DNA of 10,939 nucleotides, taken from the NCBI GenBank assembly GCA_964347045.1, contig CAYFXC010000035.1, forward strand, positions 1-10,939, in the 5' to 3' direction. Both the position numbers and the translations under genes were made by a program. This document shows positions 1 through 8,310 of this stretch, one piece after another; positions within the stretch are counted from its first letter, which is position 1; the number at the start of each line of letters is the position of its first letter. Origin of the DNA: an uncultured archaeon. Its GTDB lineage: Archaea; Asgardarchaeota; Hermodarchaeia; Hermodarchaeales; Hermodarchaeaceae. Below the pieces are notes generated by a model. The model had not been told where the DNA came from, ran no database searches, and worked only from the letters and a program-made list of their open reading frames with translations.

Positions 1-190
1 TATCAAGTCCGAATACCTTAATGAAATAAAAATAGTTCAGAGAAAAAGATATATAAACAGACCTACTAATGCCTCTAATTTTGGTAACAGGTTAAGTATA
101 AGCATGTAAAGTGATTTTGCTCTCTAGGGGGTTCTCTGTACAAACTTAGGATTACCTTGAATATCAATTTGGAAACACCTACAAAAGAGT

Positions 191-219
191 TTGAATCAAG
201 TTTAAAACAGAAGTATGAT
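191..219 (+). promoter_or_regulatory. Putative sigma70-type promoter for the GH-like operon
   Basis: TTGAAT (191-196), a 17-nt spacer, then TATGAT (214-219). It lies about 90 nt upstream of the SD-supported ATG at 308. The -10 overlaps the ORF-track ATG at 215, which argues against 215 as the start. Confidence 0.55.
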
Positions 220-307
220 TACTGTAAATGCTCGGTGCCTTTGTTGGTCAAACAGCAAAGAAAGACATCAATTAATAAAATATTGGTCTATAGTTAAAGG
301 AGCGAGA

Positions 308-2275
308 ATGTATAAAACTAAAATCAAGTCATATTTCGTCTTTTCCATTTCAATTATTTTATTGTGCTTCTCCGATAATACTGTGTTAGGAACTCCTTTT
401 GAATGCTTCGCAGTAAGTGATTTAACGAGGATTTTTGAAGATGGTTATAATTGTACCAAGGCGCAGGAATCCCTTGAGGTATTTGGCATAAGAAATGAAT
501 ATGTTTCGGCCCAATGTGTTATTAAAGCTAACCGGGATTTGAAAAATGTTACGGTCTCATTGAGTCCTCTAAAACATATTGCACTTTCAACTTCTCTACC
601 TGCTGATGCTCTTGAATGGAACTTCGTTGGTTCTATCCCGATTGAGGAGAACACGCCGAAGTATAGAAAAACCGATATAATTCGTGCTGCACCCGCCAAA
701 TTTCCCGATTATCTGGCCGAGGATAGTGAAATATTTTTGAAGAAAGGCAACTGTAAGGCGGTCTATTTGACAATAGAAATTCCTCGCAATGCCAAGGCTG
801 GTGATTACAAAGGGGCCTTGACTATAAAAACAGATAAAGCAGACACATCTTTACCTTTGCATCTGAAGATTTATCCCTTAACGCTGCCTGATGAGCGGCA
901 TCTAATGGTCACTGAATGGTATACGACAGGTAATTTCAAGAAGTTTCATGATATTGATGCATCTGATTCGGAAAGATTCTACGAAATGCTCAAGGTTTAT
1001 GCTGAGAATATGGCTGAACACAGGCAGAATGTTTTTAGAGTTAGTCTGGACTTGATTACGTGCAAACAAGCTGCCAATGGTAACTTGGAATTTGATTTTG
1101 CAAGGTTTGACAAATGGGCAGATACATTTTGGAAAACCGGGCGAATGGACTTACTCGAAACCGGATTTGTGGCGAGATTTGGCAAGGGCGGCTGGTCGAG
1201 CAAAGAAATTGTGTTAAGGGATTTTCCTGCACAAAAGGAATCTACGAATAAAAGAATATTGATTCCTGGGAAGGAGTTTCTACCGCGGTTCTTACCAGTG
1301 TTCGAAAATCACCTGAGAGAAAAAGGCTGGCTTGAGAAAACAGTTTTTCATATCGCTGATGAGCCATCGAATCATAATGTGATGAGCTGGAGACAGGCAT
1401 CAGAATACGTACACCATTATGCTCCGGCACTTAGAAGAATAGATGCTATAGAGACGACACATTGTTTTGACAGATTGGAAATCTGGGTTCCCAAATTAGA
1501 TCATCTTGCCACATGGTATGACGTTTTCAAGAGAGCACAGAATCAGGGCTGGGACTTGTGGTTTTATACTGTTGGCATTTTTCAAAAAGGTTCCTATCCA
1601 AATAAGACCGTAGATGTTCCTCTCATAGAATCAAGAATCCTTCACTGGCTGAATTATCGCTTTGGATTAAAAGGATATCTTCATTGGGGCTTTAATCGCT
1701 GGACAGACGATCCTTTTGCAGCACCTGGAAGACACCGTGGCGACGGCTGGCACGTATATCCCAAGAAGGATGGGCTAATTAATTCCCTGCGATGGGAGCA
1801 AATGCGAAATGGGATTCAGGACTATGAATACTTTTGGATGCTCGAAGATAAAATAAGGAAGATGAAAGCCGGGCTTGGCGAACGTTTACCAATAATTGAA
1901 CCATCTCGTAGAGGCATAGAAATAGCTTCTCAGGTTGTTAAAACAATGGACACCTACGATAAAGAACCCGAGACGTTATACAATGTAAAAAGACAGATCA
2001 TTAATGAGCTTTTGGATTTAGACATAGCTCCCCAAATTATTGTCCAGACCAATCCGCTTGAGCATTCGACTGTGGCAAATGATAGTGCCATAGACGTTTT
2101 TGGATGGGCAGAACCTGAGACAAAAGTAGTTATTAACGGTCGGGAATTGCCTGTATCATCCGATGGTTTATTTATGGAGAATGTTCACCTATCGCGAGAC
2201 AACACAATCGTCGTGGAGGCCGAACATAAGAAAGGCAAAAAGAACATCGTTCGTTCTTTCGAAGTTCTATATTAA
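308..2275 (+). CDS. Exported DUF4091/GH123-like glycoside hydrolase (putative beta-N-acetylgalactosaminidase/hexosaminidase) with a C-terminal Ig-like domain
   Basis: Start moved to ATG 308 because of SD AAGGAG at 297-302 and a basic+hydrophobic signal peptide (MYKTKIKSYFVFSISIILLCF). Motifs typical of the family: RNEYVSAQ, FPDYL, IYPLTLP, HIADEP (adjacent Asp-Glu, 1358-1363), LWFYT, GYLHWGFNRW, GDGWHVYP, SLRWEQMRNGIQDYEY. The C-terminal ~80 aa (VFGWAEPETKVVINGRELPVSSDGLF...NTIVVEA) read as an Ig-like beta-sandwich. Confidence 0.85.
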   Translation: MYKTKIKSYFVFSISIILLCFSDNTVLGTPFECFAVSDLTRIFEDGYNCTKAQESLEVFGIRNEYVSAQCVIKANRDLKNVTVSLSPLKHIALSTSLPADALEWNFVGSIPIEENTPKYRKTDIIRAAPAKFPDYLAEDSEIFLKKGNCKAVYLTIEIPRNAKAGDYKGALTIKTDKADTSLPLHLKIYPLTLPDERHLMVTEWYTTGNFKKFHDIDASDSERFYEMLKVYAENMAEHRQNVFRVSLDLITCKQAANGNLEFDFARFDKWADTFWKTGRMDLLETGFVARFGKGGWSSKEIVLRDFPAQKESTNKRILIPGKEFLPRFLPVFENHLREKGWLEKTVFHIADEPSNHNVMSWRQASEYVHHYAPALRRIDAIETTHCFDRLEIWVPKLDHLATWYDVFKRAQNQGWDLWFYTVGIFQKGSYPNKTVDVPLIESRILHWLNYRFGLKGYLHWGFNRWTDDPFAAPGRHRGDGWHVYPKKDGLINSLRWEQMRNGIQDYEYFWMLEDKIRKMKAGLGERLPIIEPSRRGIEIASQVVKTMDTYDKEPETLYNVKRQIINELLDLDIAPQIIVQTNPLEHSTVANDSAIDVFGWAEPETKVVINGRELPVSSDGLFMENVHLSRDNTIVVEAEHKKGKKNIVRSFEVLY

Positions 2276-2297
2276 TTGGTACATAAGGAACTTGAGC

Positions 2298-3773
2298 GTG
2301 TGTATAAAACTAAAAATAAACACAAACAAATTATTTGTGACCTGGATGGCAATCAGCTTGCTTGGAACTGCTGTTAATTTCAGTAAAGCAGAGAATAAGG
2401 CAACTAAATGGCCTTCTCACATACAGGTCGTACTTGATGCAACTCACCCCTTAAAATATGACAGAGGCCAGTGTTTGCCGATTTATCTCTGGCAGGCTAT
2501 GGATCCCGGCCAGCCCGATGAAGAGGTCACAGAAGAGCTTGTTGTCGAATTGAATAAGCGAGGTGTCGGGGTTATTAGCTCCTGGAATCCAGAGAATCGC
2601 CAAGAAAGTTTAGCCCAGTCCCTAATGATTGCCAAAGTGCAAAAGAAGTTGAATTTACGTGTAAATATCAACGCTACTCGATGTCTTTATTCTTTTTTTA
2701 ATGGAGATGAGCAAACAGCCCACATAGACGATGAGGACAGACCCTTTTGGGACGAATCGTTTGGCAAACAGAAGATGGGCTGTCCATTCACTCTTGACTT
2801 CCGGCGACCTCATATCCAGGAGCAGGTGGAATATTTTGTGAAGGCATTCAAAAAAGCGGATTTGGATGTAGATTATGTTTTTGCCGATTGGGAAATTGAC
2901 GGCCCCATAGAATTCAATGACGCTCATGCGGCTTCAAAACGATGTCGACGTTGTCGTGAACACATCAAGGACGTCAATGATTTTGAAGAGTTTCAAAAAG
3001 TGCTTCGAAAGCAAAGATGCGAATTACAGCGTACGGTTTATGCGGAGCCGATCAAGCTGAATTTTCCAAGGGCACTTGTAGGTAATTACGGAGTCTATCC
3101 GCACAACGGGTACCACTATTGGTACGATTACTATGAGTACTACGTCAACGGACAACCTTATCAGGTAGACCAGAAGGCAAAGTATCGAAAATGGTATAAT
3201 GAATTTGCCGAAAGCGGATATACCTTTGCTATGCCGGTAGTTTACACGTGGCGCAGGATTTTCGACTGGTATGACTATGCAGATACAGATTATCGATGGT
3301 TCTATAATATGCTGTTAGTGGCAAGCAACGCAGGACGGTCCACGCCGGCCGAGATACCTGTTATCAGCTTCGTGCACTGGCATACGATTGAGTCTAAGCC
3401 TTCTGCGAGCACAGCAAAGCAATTTAGCGAGGATAAATATCAGGAGTTGTTGTGGCATATGTTATTGAGGGGCACCGACACATTTTTTCTTTGGTGTCGA
3501 GAAGAGGAAGCAGCAAAGGAAATTCAGCTTGTTCATCAAGTATATGCCGAAGCCCAGCAGTACGGAGAGTTTCTCTCTAATGGAAAGCCAATCAACTTCA
3601 GTGTTCCCAAGCAGCCGGGAACAGTTATCTCAGGATTGCTATTAGGAGACCGTGTTTTAGTGCGACGGACGGATTTTACGCAAAAGAATGAGTCAGTGGA
3701 AATCGTCGTTGATGATAGAAGAATTAAAGTCGAAAATGTTCCGGGACACTGTCAGATTATTCTTGTTCGCTAA
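2298..3773 (+). CDS. Exported protein of unknown function, probable TIM-barrel glycoside-hydrolase-like enzyme with a DxE motif
   Basis: Long ORF. The likely start is GTG 2298 (TAAGGA at 2284-2289), 22 nt after the upstream stop; the track start at 2163 would overlap gene 1. It has a signal-peptide-like N-terminus (KLFVTWMAISLLGTAVNFSKA) and the motifs VDYVFADWEIDGP, CRRC, LVGNYGVYP, AMPVVY and RGTDTFFLW, followed by a short beta-rich C-terminal domain. The CDS is secure; the product is inferred. Confidence 0.7.
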   Translation: MCIKLKINTNKLFVTWMAISLLGTAVNFSKAENKATKWPSHIQVVLDATHPLKYDRGQCLPIYLWQAMDPGQPDEEVTEELVVELNKRGVGVISSWNPENRQESLAQSLMIAKVQKKLNLRVNINATRCLYSFFNGDEQTAHIDDEDRPFWDESFGKQKMGCPFTLDFRRPHIQEQVEYFVKAFKKADLDVDYVFADWEIDGPIEFNDAHAASKRCRRCREHIKDVNDFEEFQKVLRKQRCELQRTVYAEPIKLNFPRALVGNYGVYPHNGYHYWYDYYEYYVNGQPYQVDQKAKYRKWYNEFAESGYTFAMPVVYTWRRIFDWYDYADTDYRWFYNMLLVASNAGRSTPAEIPVISFVHWHTIESKPSASTAKQFSEDKYQELLWHMLLRGTDTFFLWCREEEAAKEIQLVHQVYAEAQQYGEFLSNGKPINFSVPKQPGTVISGLLLGDRVLVRRTDFTQKNESVEIVVDDRRIKVENVPGHCQIILVR

Positions 3774-3830
3774 TAAAATTGTTCGAGTTGAAAAACATCG
3801 GTTTACATTGCGACGTTGGGAGCAGTAGAT

Positions 3831-5612
3831 ATGAAAAATGGAATAGGTAAAACAGTCATCCTTTTTTTGATTTTCAGTTTATTTAAATGTTCCTCAGCAA
3901 GTGAGGAGATAATACTTACAGCATTAAAGAGTATGGAGCGGATAGGTCAGGACCAAAAGATCTATGGAGCCCATACAGTAAAAATTTGGTCCGCAAGAAA
4001 TGAAGTGGAATCCTTTCAGGTCGTGATTTCTGCCCCCCAAGAAAATATTAATTTAATCAAAGTGGAGATTTCTGACCTTATTGACGCCAAAGGCTCGAAG
4101 ATTGAAAAAGAAAATATTAAGCTCTTCAGAGAGGAGTACATCCGAGTCAGAATATCCACTCCCCGGGCGGAATTACCTCCGGGGCTCTATCCGGACCCTC
4201 TTGTTCCCTTCATTAATCCCATAACCGGCAAGCCCATTGAACCTCTTACCAGAACCAGTAAGAGATGGGGGGAACCAACGACAACCAGCGGCTATAATAT
4301 GTATGCCTTGCCGTTTGAGGTCTTCAAAGGCCAAAACCAGGCTATATGGGTTGACGTATATGTCCCTAAGAATGTTCCCGCCGGTATATACAGTGGACAG
4401 TTAAGTGTTTTGACAAGAGGAGGAATTTCCGAACAAATCCCTATAGCTGTCACTGTGTGGGATTTTACGCTGCCCGATGGCCCAACACATAGGAACCATT
4501 TCGGTGGTTTCAGCAACGTTGCGCGATATTTTAGTATAGAGCGTGATTCAGATAGATTCAAACAAATCGAGATGCGTTATTGCCAGGCGATGTCCGAGCA
4601 TCGCATAAATCCCCCAATCCCGCGCTATCTGCTGCCGCAGGTCAATGATGACGGCTCTTTGAAAATCATCCCCGAAAGACATAAGGCCTTAAGGGATTTT
4701 ATAGAATCACTACACGTGACCGATTTTGAAATACCCAGAGCAGCTTTCGCCCGATTGCCAAGCTCAACCTTAAGGCCCGATTATAAAACCATATCTCCCG
4801 CCAATAGGGAGAAAGCCCAGCGGTACTACAAGGAGTTCTATCAATATTTGAAAGATAACGGCTGGGAAAAAGGGGCCTATGTGTATATGCTGGATGAACC
4901 GAACCTGCGCGAAAACTACGAGCAGGTGCTCGTTCTCGGCCGGCTCATTCATGAAGCCGTACCACAACTCAAATGTCTGGTTGTGGAACAAACGTATCTT
5001 CAAGACCCTTCCTGGCCGGATATAGACCCGGCGGTGGATATATGGTGCCCCTTATGGTCTTTTATTGACAGGAAGACTATCAACGAAAAAATCGCTCATG
5101 GCGATGAGGTCTGGTCATACACTGCTCTGGTGCAGCGAGCGCCTCGATATCATCCACAGTACCAAACTGTCAAGGAATTAGATCCTCCGTACTGGCATAT
5201 TGATCGTCCCCTTATTGCTTACCGTGTCCCAACCTGGATCAACTACCAGTATAATATTACCGGTCTGCTCTATTGGAGTACTGTCACTACGGTTATCGAG
5301 CCATGGTCGATTCCAGCCTTTGCACATCCCAGGCACTACAATGGAGGCGGCTTCCTGTTTTATCCTGGCTTGCCCTGCGGCATCGACGGCCCTGTAATCA
5401 GTATGCGAATGAAAAACCTCAGAGATAGTATGGAAGATTATGAGTACTTTATGATTCTTGAGAGACTTGCTGATAAAAAAACCGTAAGGAAAATTGTTGA
5501 TATCATTTCTCCGAACTGGTGGAATTTCTCAAAAGACCCTAATGAATTACTTGCCGCACGGGAAAAAATAGCAGATCAAATTCTAAAACTTAAGAAGACA
5601 GATGAGTCTTAG
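3831..5612 (+). CDS. Exported (possibly lipoprotein) DUF4091/GH123-like glycoside hydrolase
   Basis: ATG 3831 with GGGAG at 3818-3822. The signal peptide MKNGIGKTVILFLIFSLFKC ends in Cys. Motifs: ARNEVESFQVVI, YPDPL, NQAIWVDVYVP, VWDFTLP, YMLDEP (DE at 4893-4898), VDIWCP, VWSY, GLLYW, NGGGFLFYPG, SMRMKNLRDSMEDYEY. Confidence 0.85.
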   Translation: MKNGIGKTVILFLIFSLFKCSSASEEIILTALKSMERIGQDQKIYGAHTVKIWSARNEVESFQVVISAPQENINLIKVEISDLIDAKGSKIEKENIKLFREEYIRVRISTPRAELPPGLYPDPLVPFINPITGKPIEPLTRTSKRWGEPTTTSGYNMYALPFEVFKGQNQAIWVDVYVPKNVPAGIYSGQLSVLTRGGISEQIPIAVTVWDFTLPDGPTHRNHFGGFSNVARYFSIERDSDRFKQIEMRYCQAMSEHRINPPIPRYLLPQVNDDGSLKIIPERHKALRDFIESLHVTDFEIPRAAFARLPSSTLRPDYKTISPANREKAQRYYKEFYQYLKDNGWEKGAYVYMLDEPNLRENYEQVLVLGRLIHEAVPQLKCLVVEQTYLQDPSWPDIDPAVDIWCPLWSFIDRKTINEKIAHGDEVWSYTALVQRAPRYHPQYQTVKELDPPYWHIDRPLIAYRVPTWINYQYNITGLLYWSTVTTVIEPWSIPAFAHPRHYNGGGFLFYPGLPCGIDGPVISMRMKNLRDSMEDYEYFMILERLADKKTVRKIVDIISPNWWNFSKDPNELLAAREKIADQILKLKKTDES

Positions 5613-5674
5613 TTATGCAGCCATTCAACAAAAATGATAAAAAATTCTTTTAACCAATTCAGTTTTATCTCAAG

Positions 5675-7894
5675 TCAGTTCTCGACAGCGATATTTTTCC
5701 AAACAACCGCTGTTCTTCCAGCCAAATCCACCGTGGCGGCTCGAAGGCAATATTTACCTGGCTGGTTGATTCTGAATTTTATCTCTACGTTTGTCCGGGT
5801 GCCTTCATCACGAATACGTGGCTCCTGGTTCGTACCAAGTAGAAAGCGATAATCCTCCTCTTGAGGCCCATACAATTCCCAAAAAACTTTTACATTTTTG
5901 TAAATACCTTCTGGATTGGCACCTAATGTGTAATAGACACGTGATGAGCCTTCCACAAGAAAGGCGCGGGCGGCAACTTCTAAAGGTGCTTTGCCGGTCT
6001 CAATCGACAGTTCAATGTCAAGTTGGGGTGGATTACCTTTAGGGCGCTCTGGAATTCTCGGCCCCTTATGCAAAACATTTTTCCCATCAACTTCCACCAT
6101 GACCGTTCCATCCTCTCTGATGTGGACTACCTCGAAGTATCCGTTAAGCTTATATCTTTCGATATCCCAAAAGAGATCATAGGCAACACCCATCCGAATG
6201 CACCGCTCAATTTCTGTGAAGAAGTTACCCATTACCGTGCGGTACTTAACACCTTCTCGGTTCATACGTTCCAAGTTGAGTTCACCGAGTCCCCATAAAT
6301 TACCTTTACCCATATAAACATGACCGAGGTTGTAGCTGGCAGGCAGAAGAATAGCGACTTCGGCTGCCTGTCTTAGTTTTTTCAGGTCCCTATAAGGATG
6401 GCTTTCGGCATGCGCCCGTAGATTTCTCGCTAAGACCAAACACTCGTTATAAGGAACGCAGGCAAGTCGATGTGTATCCCAAAAAAAGAACAAGCTTGCT
6501 CCGAGATCGTAGGCGTGCGTTAGAAACCAAAAGCTATCCGCACGATCGAGTTGGCCATAGATACTCGTTCCCCATTCTTTGTTCGTGAGTCTTGCCGCGC
6601 CGCGGAGAAATCCATAAATAATCCCGATAAGGTTTTTGGGGTCATCAACGGGGATTTGGCAACAGTAAGCCATGTTCATCTCGGGGAGCGTCCTAAGTGT
6701 TCCAAATCGCCCTGGCGGCTCGAAAACCATCGAAGAAGGGGGAACGCTATTTCCCTCGCCAAGCTGATAAAGCGCGGAACTTACCATGGTCTCCCAGGTA
6801 AAAAGGTTTTGCTGAAGAAATTGCATATTGCCCACATCCGCATCGGGTCGTGCCGACAAACCACGAAGTAAAGCTGTTGGATTACCTTGATATTTCGCTT
6901 TGTGAAAATATTCCTGAAACTCCTCCAAGACGATCTGAGGAGTAATAGCCTCTCGAAACTTTCGATCCTCCCTTAGACGGGGCCGAATGACGTGATCCCT
7001 TGTACAAACTGCCGGTTCATCCAGAAAAAGGACAGGCCCAAGGTAGTTGCCACGATAAAGGCATTCCGGATAATTTACTTCTTCTCCGCCGACTCCCCAG
7101 TAGAACACGTCTCGGCGGTCAATCCAGCCTGCTTGTTCTTTGTCGACCCGGAGGCAATTCATTCCCGACTCGATCATTTCGTCATAATCTTTCTCAGTGA
7201 GTCTTATTAACTCATAATCGGAATCGTCGTAACGCCGGGTTTCATCTTTTTGCTTTGTATTATGAGGAACACCAATGAGTACATCCGGAAGGAGTTCGAG
7301 AATTTTGACATCAGTTGGAAAAATCATATCTTTTGAGTCTTCGAGTCTTTCGAGCAGATAAGTGTTTCCCAAGTATAGAATTCTATTGGTAAAGAAGCCC
7401 TCGGAAAAAATACTATCCGCGGCACGTGGAAAAAGATGGTTCCAGGCACCAAGCGAAGGAAGAACCGCTTCGCCTGTGAATTTGTGACGGAACTCCAAGG
7501 CACCGCTGTTTCCTTCTTGTAATATGTATCGCGCCGTCGTTTCCCGGGCAGTTGTAACACTGGCAGGAGGATACCTATCGGTAAGAATCCAAACATTAAA
7601 CTGTTCTCCATTTGATTTAGTTGCCTGCAAATGAAGCCATTGGAATTGAGTACTATTTTTCTCTTCTAAAGGGCCAAGAACCAGGGTTAAGGTTCGCACA
7701 ACGGAATCGGGAATTAAGCCGCCGGATTCATGTTGGTACGTTGCTGTGAGTCCTGGTTTCCAAATAGGTTCATCGCCGTTTGCGGGTAAATGAACCTCGA
7801 TCAAATCTTTGCTTTTCGATTCTTCTGCCTCACTTCCAATCACACTGACTGGGTAAAGCAATACTACTAACATAAGAACAATCTTCGGATTCAT
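5675..7894 (-). CDS. Exported multidomain protein of unknown function, probable glycoside-hydrolase-like (TIM barrel with DEP motif, Rossmann-like domain, C-terminal PKD/Ig-like domain)
   Basis: 739-aa ORF with a signal peptide (MNPKIVLMLVVLLYPVSVIG). It has a beta-rich N-terminal region, then GMNCLRV...VLFLDEPAV...WGTSIYGQ...GASLFFFWD. AEVAILLP...GVAYDLFWD resembles the alpha/beta domain that follows the barrel in GH42-type enzymes, and GKAPLEV...PGKYCLRAATVDLAG is PKD/Ig-like. The CDS is secure; the product is inferred. Confidence 0.7.
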   Translation of the reverse strand: MNPKIVLMLVVLLYPVSVIGSEAEESKSKDLIEVHLPANGDEPIWKPGLTATYQHESGGLIPDSVVRTLTLVLGPLEEKNSTQFQWLHLQATKSNGEQFNVWILTDRYPPASVTTARETTARYILQEGNSGALEFRHKFTGEAVLPSLGAWNHLFPRAADSIFSEGFFTNRILYLGNTYLLERLEDSKDMIFPTDVKILELLPDVLIGVPHNTKQKDETRRYDDSDYELIRLTEKDYDEMIESGMNCLRVDKEQAGWIDRRDVFYWGVGGEEVNYPECLYRGNYLGPVLFLDEPAVCTRDHVIRPRLREDRKFREAITPQIVLEEFQEYFHKAKYQGNPTALLRGLSARPDADVGNMQFLQQNLFTWETMVSSALYQLGEGNSVPPSSMVFEPPGRFGTLRTLPEMNMAYCCQIPVDDPKNLIGIIYGFLRGAARLTNKEWGTSIYGQLDRADSFWFLTHAYDLGASLFFFWDTHRLACVPYNECLVLARNLRAHAESHPYRDLKKLRQAAEVAILLPASYNLGHVYMGKGNLWGLGELNLERMNREGVKYRTVMGNFFTEIERCIRMGVAYDLFWDIERYKLNGYFEVVHIREDGTVMVEVDGKNVLHKGPRIPERPKGNPPQLDIELSIETGKAPLEVAARAFLVEGSSRVYYTLGANPEGIYKNVKVFWELYGPQEEDYRFLLGTNQEPRIRDEGTRTNVEIKFRINQPGKYCLRAATVDLAGRTAVVWKNIAVEN

Positions 7895-7985
7895 TGGTTA
7901 ATTCCACTTCTCGAAAAAGCTGATGCTCAAGTTTCAGATACTACATAATCAGATCTTTACAAATTGTTTATACACATAGTTTTTT

Positions 7986-8014
7986 ATTATAGAACATATA
8001 TGCTTTTATTACAG
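7986..8014 (-). promoter_or_regulatory. Possible sigma70-type promoter for the 739-aa gene
   Basis: On the minus strand: CTGTAA, 17 nt, TATAAT (ATTATA at 7986-7991 on +), about 90 nt upstream of the ATG. The -10 is perfect, but the -35 is weak and the context is AT-rich. Confidence 0.35.
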
Positions 8015-8310
8015 GAGAATGTTATCGACAAATGTATTTGATTCGACATTGATAGCAAGAAAGCAGTTAGGCGATCAACGGATGTTCAGTATGATTACAC
8101 TCACTTATTACAACCACAAGGGTGAAAGAAAATGAATCCAGCCTCGTTGATTTGGACAAGTTTTTCATGTCTTTTTCAACCAACAGCCACATTTTAACCG
8201 GTAAAAGTAAAATCTGGCAAAAAAATCAATTTTCCTTAAACTGAAATCGACGGCTCAATCGTGTTACTAATAAGAAATGATCATTTCAAAACTTGATTAT
8301 TGAGAGACAG

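Noticed and set aside
2-109. Open frame from the window edge (IKSEYLNEIK...LSISM*)
   Set aside because: Short and AT-rich with no recognisable motif; it cannot be told apart from intergenic sequence.
215-307. ORF-track N-terminal extension of gene 1
   Set aside because: It overlaps the predicted -10 box; the SD and signal peptide point to ATG 308.
2163-2297. ORF-track N-terminal extension of gene 2
   Set aside because: It would overlap gene 1 by more than 100 nt; GTG 2298 has an SD and gives a signal peptide.
5613-5674. Expected bidirectional terminator between the convergent genes
   Set aside because: Only weak AT-rich complementarity (GATAAAA/TTTTATC) and no GC-rich stem.
445-7611. Short 60-106 aa ORFs antisense to or out of frame within the four large genes
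   Set aside because: Shadow ORFs with no recognisable motifs.
8088-8098. AGTATGATTAC, also present at 212-222
   Set aside because: An 11-bp AT-rich match containing a -10-like hexamer. This copy has no credible -35, so chance is likely.
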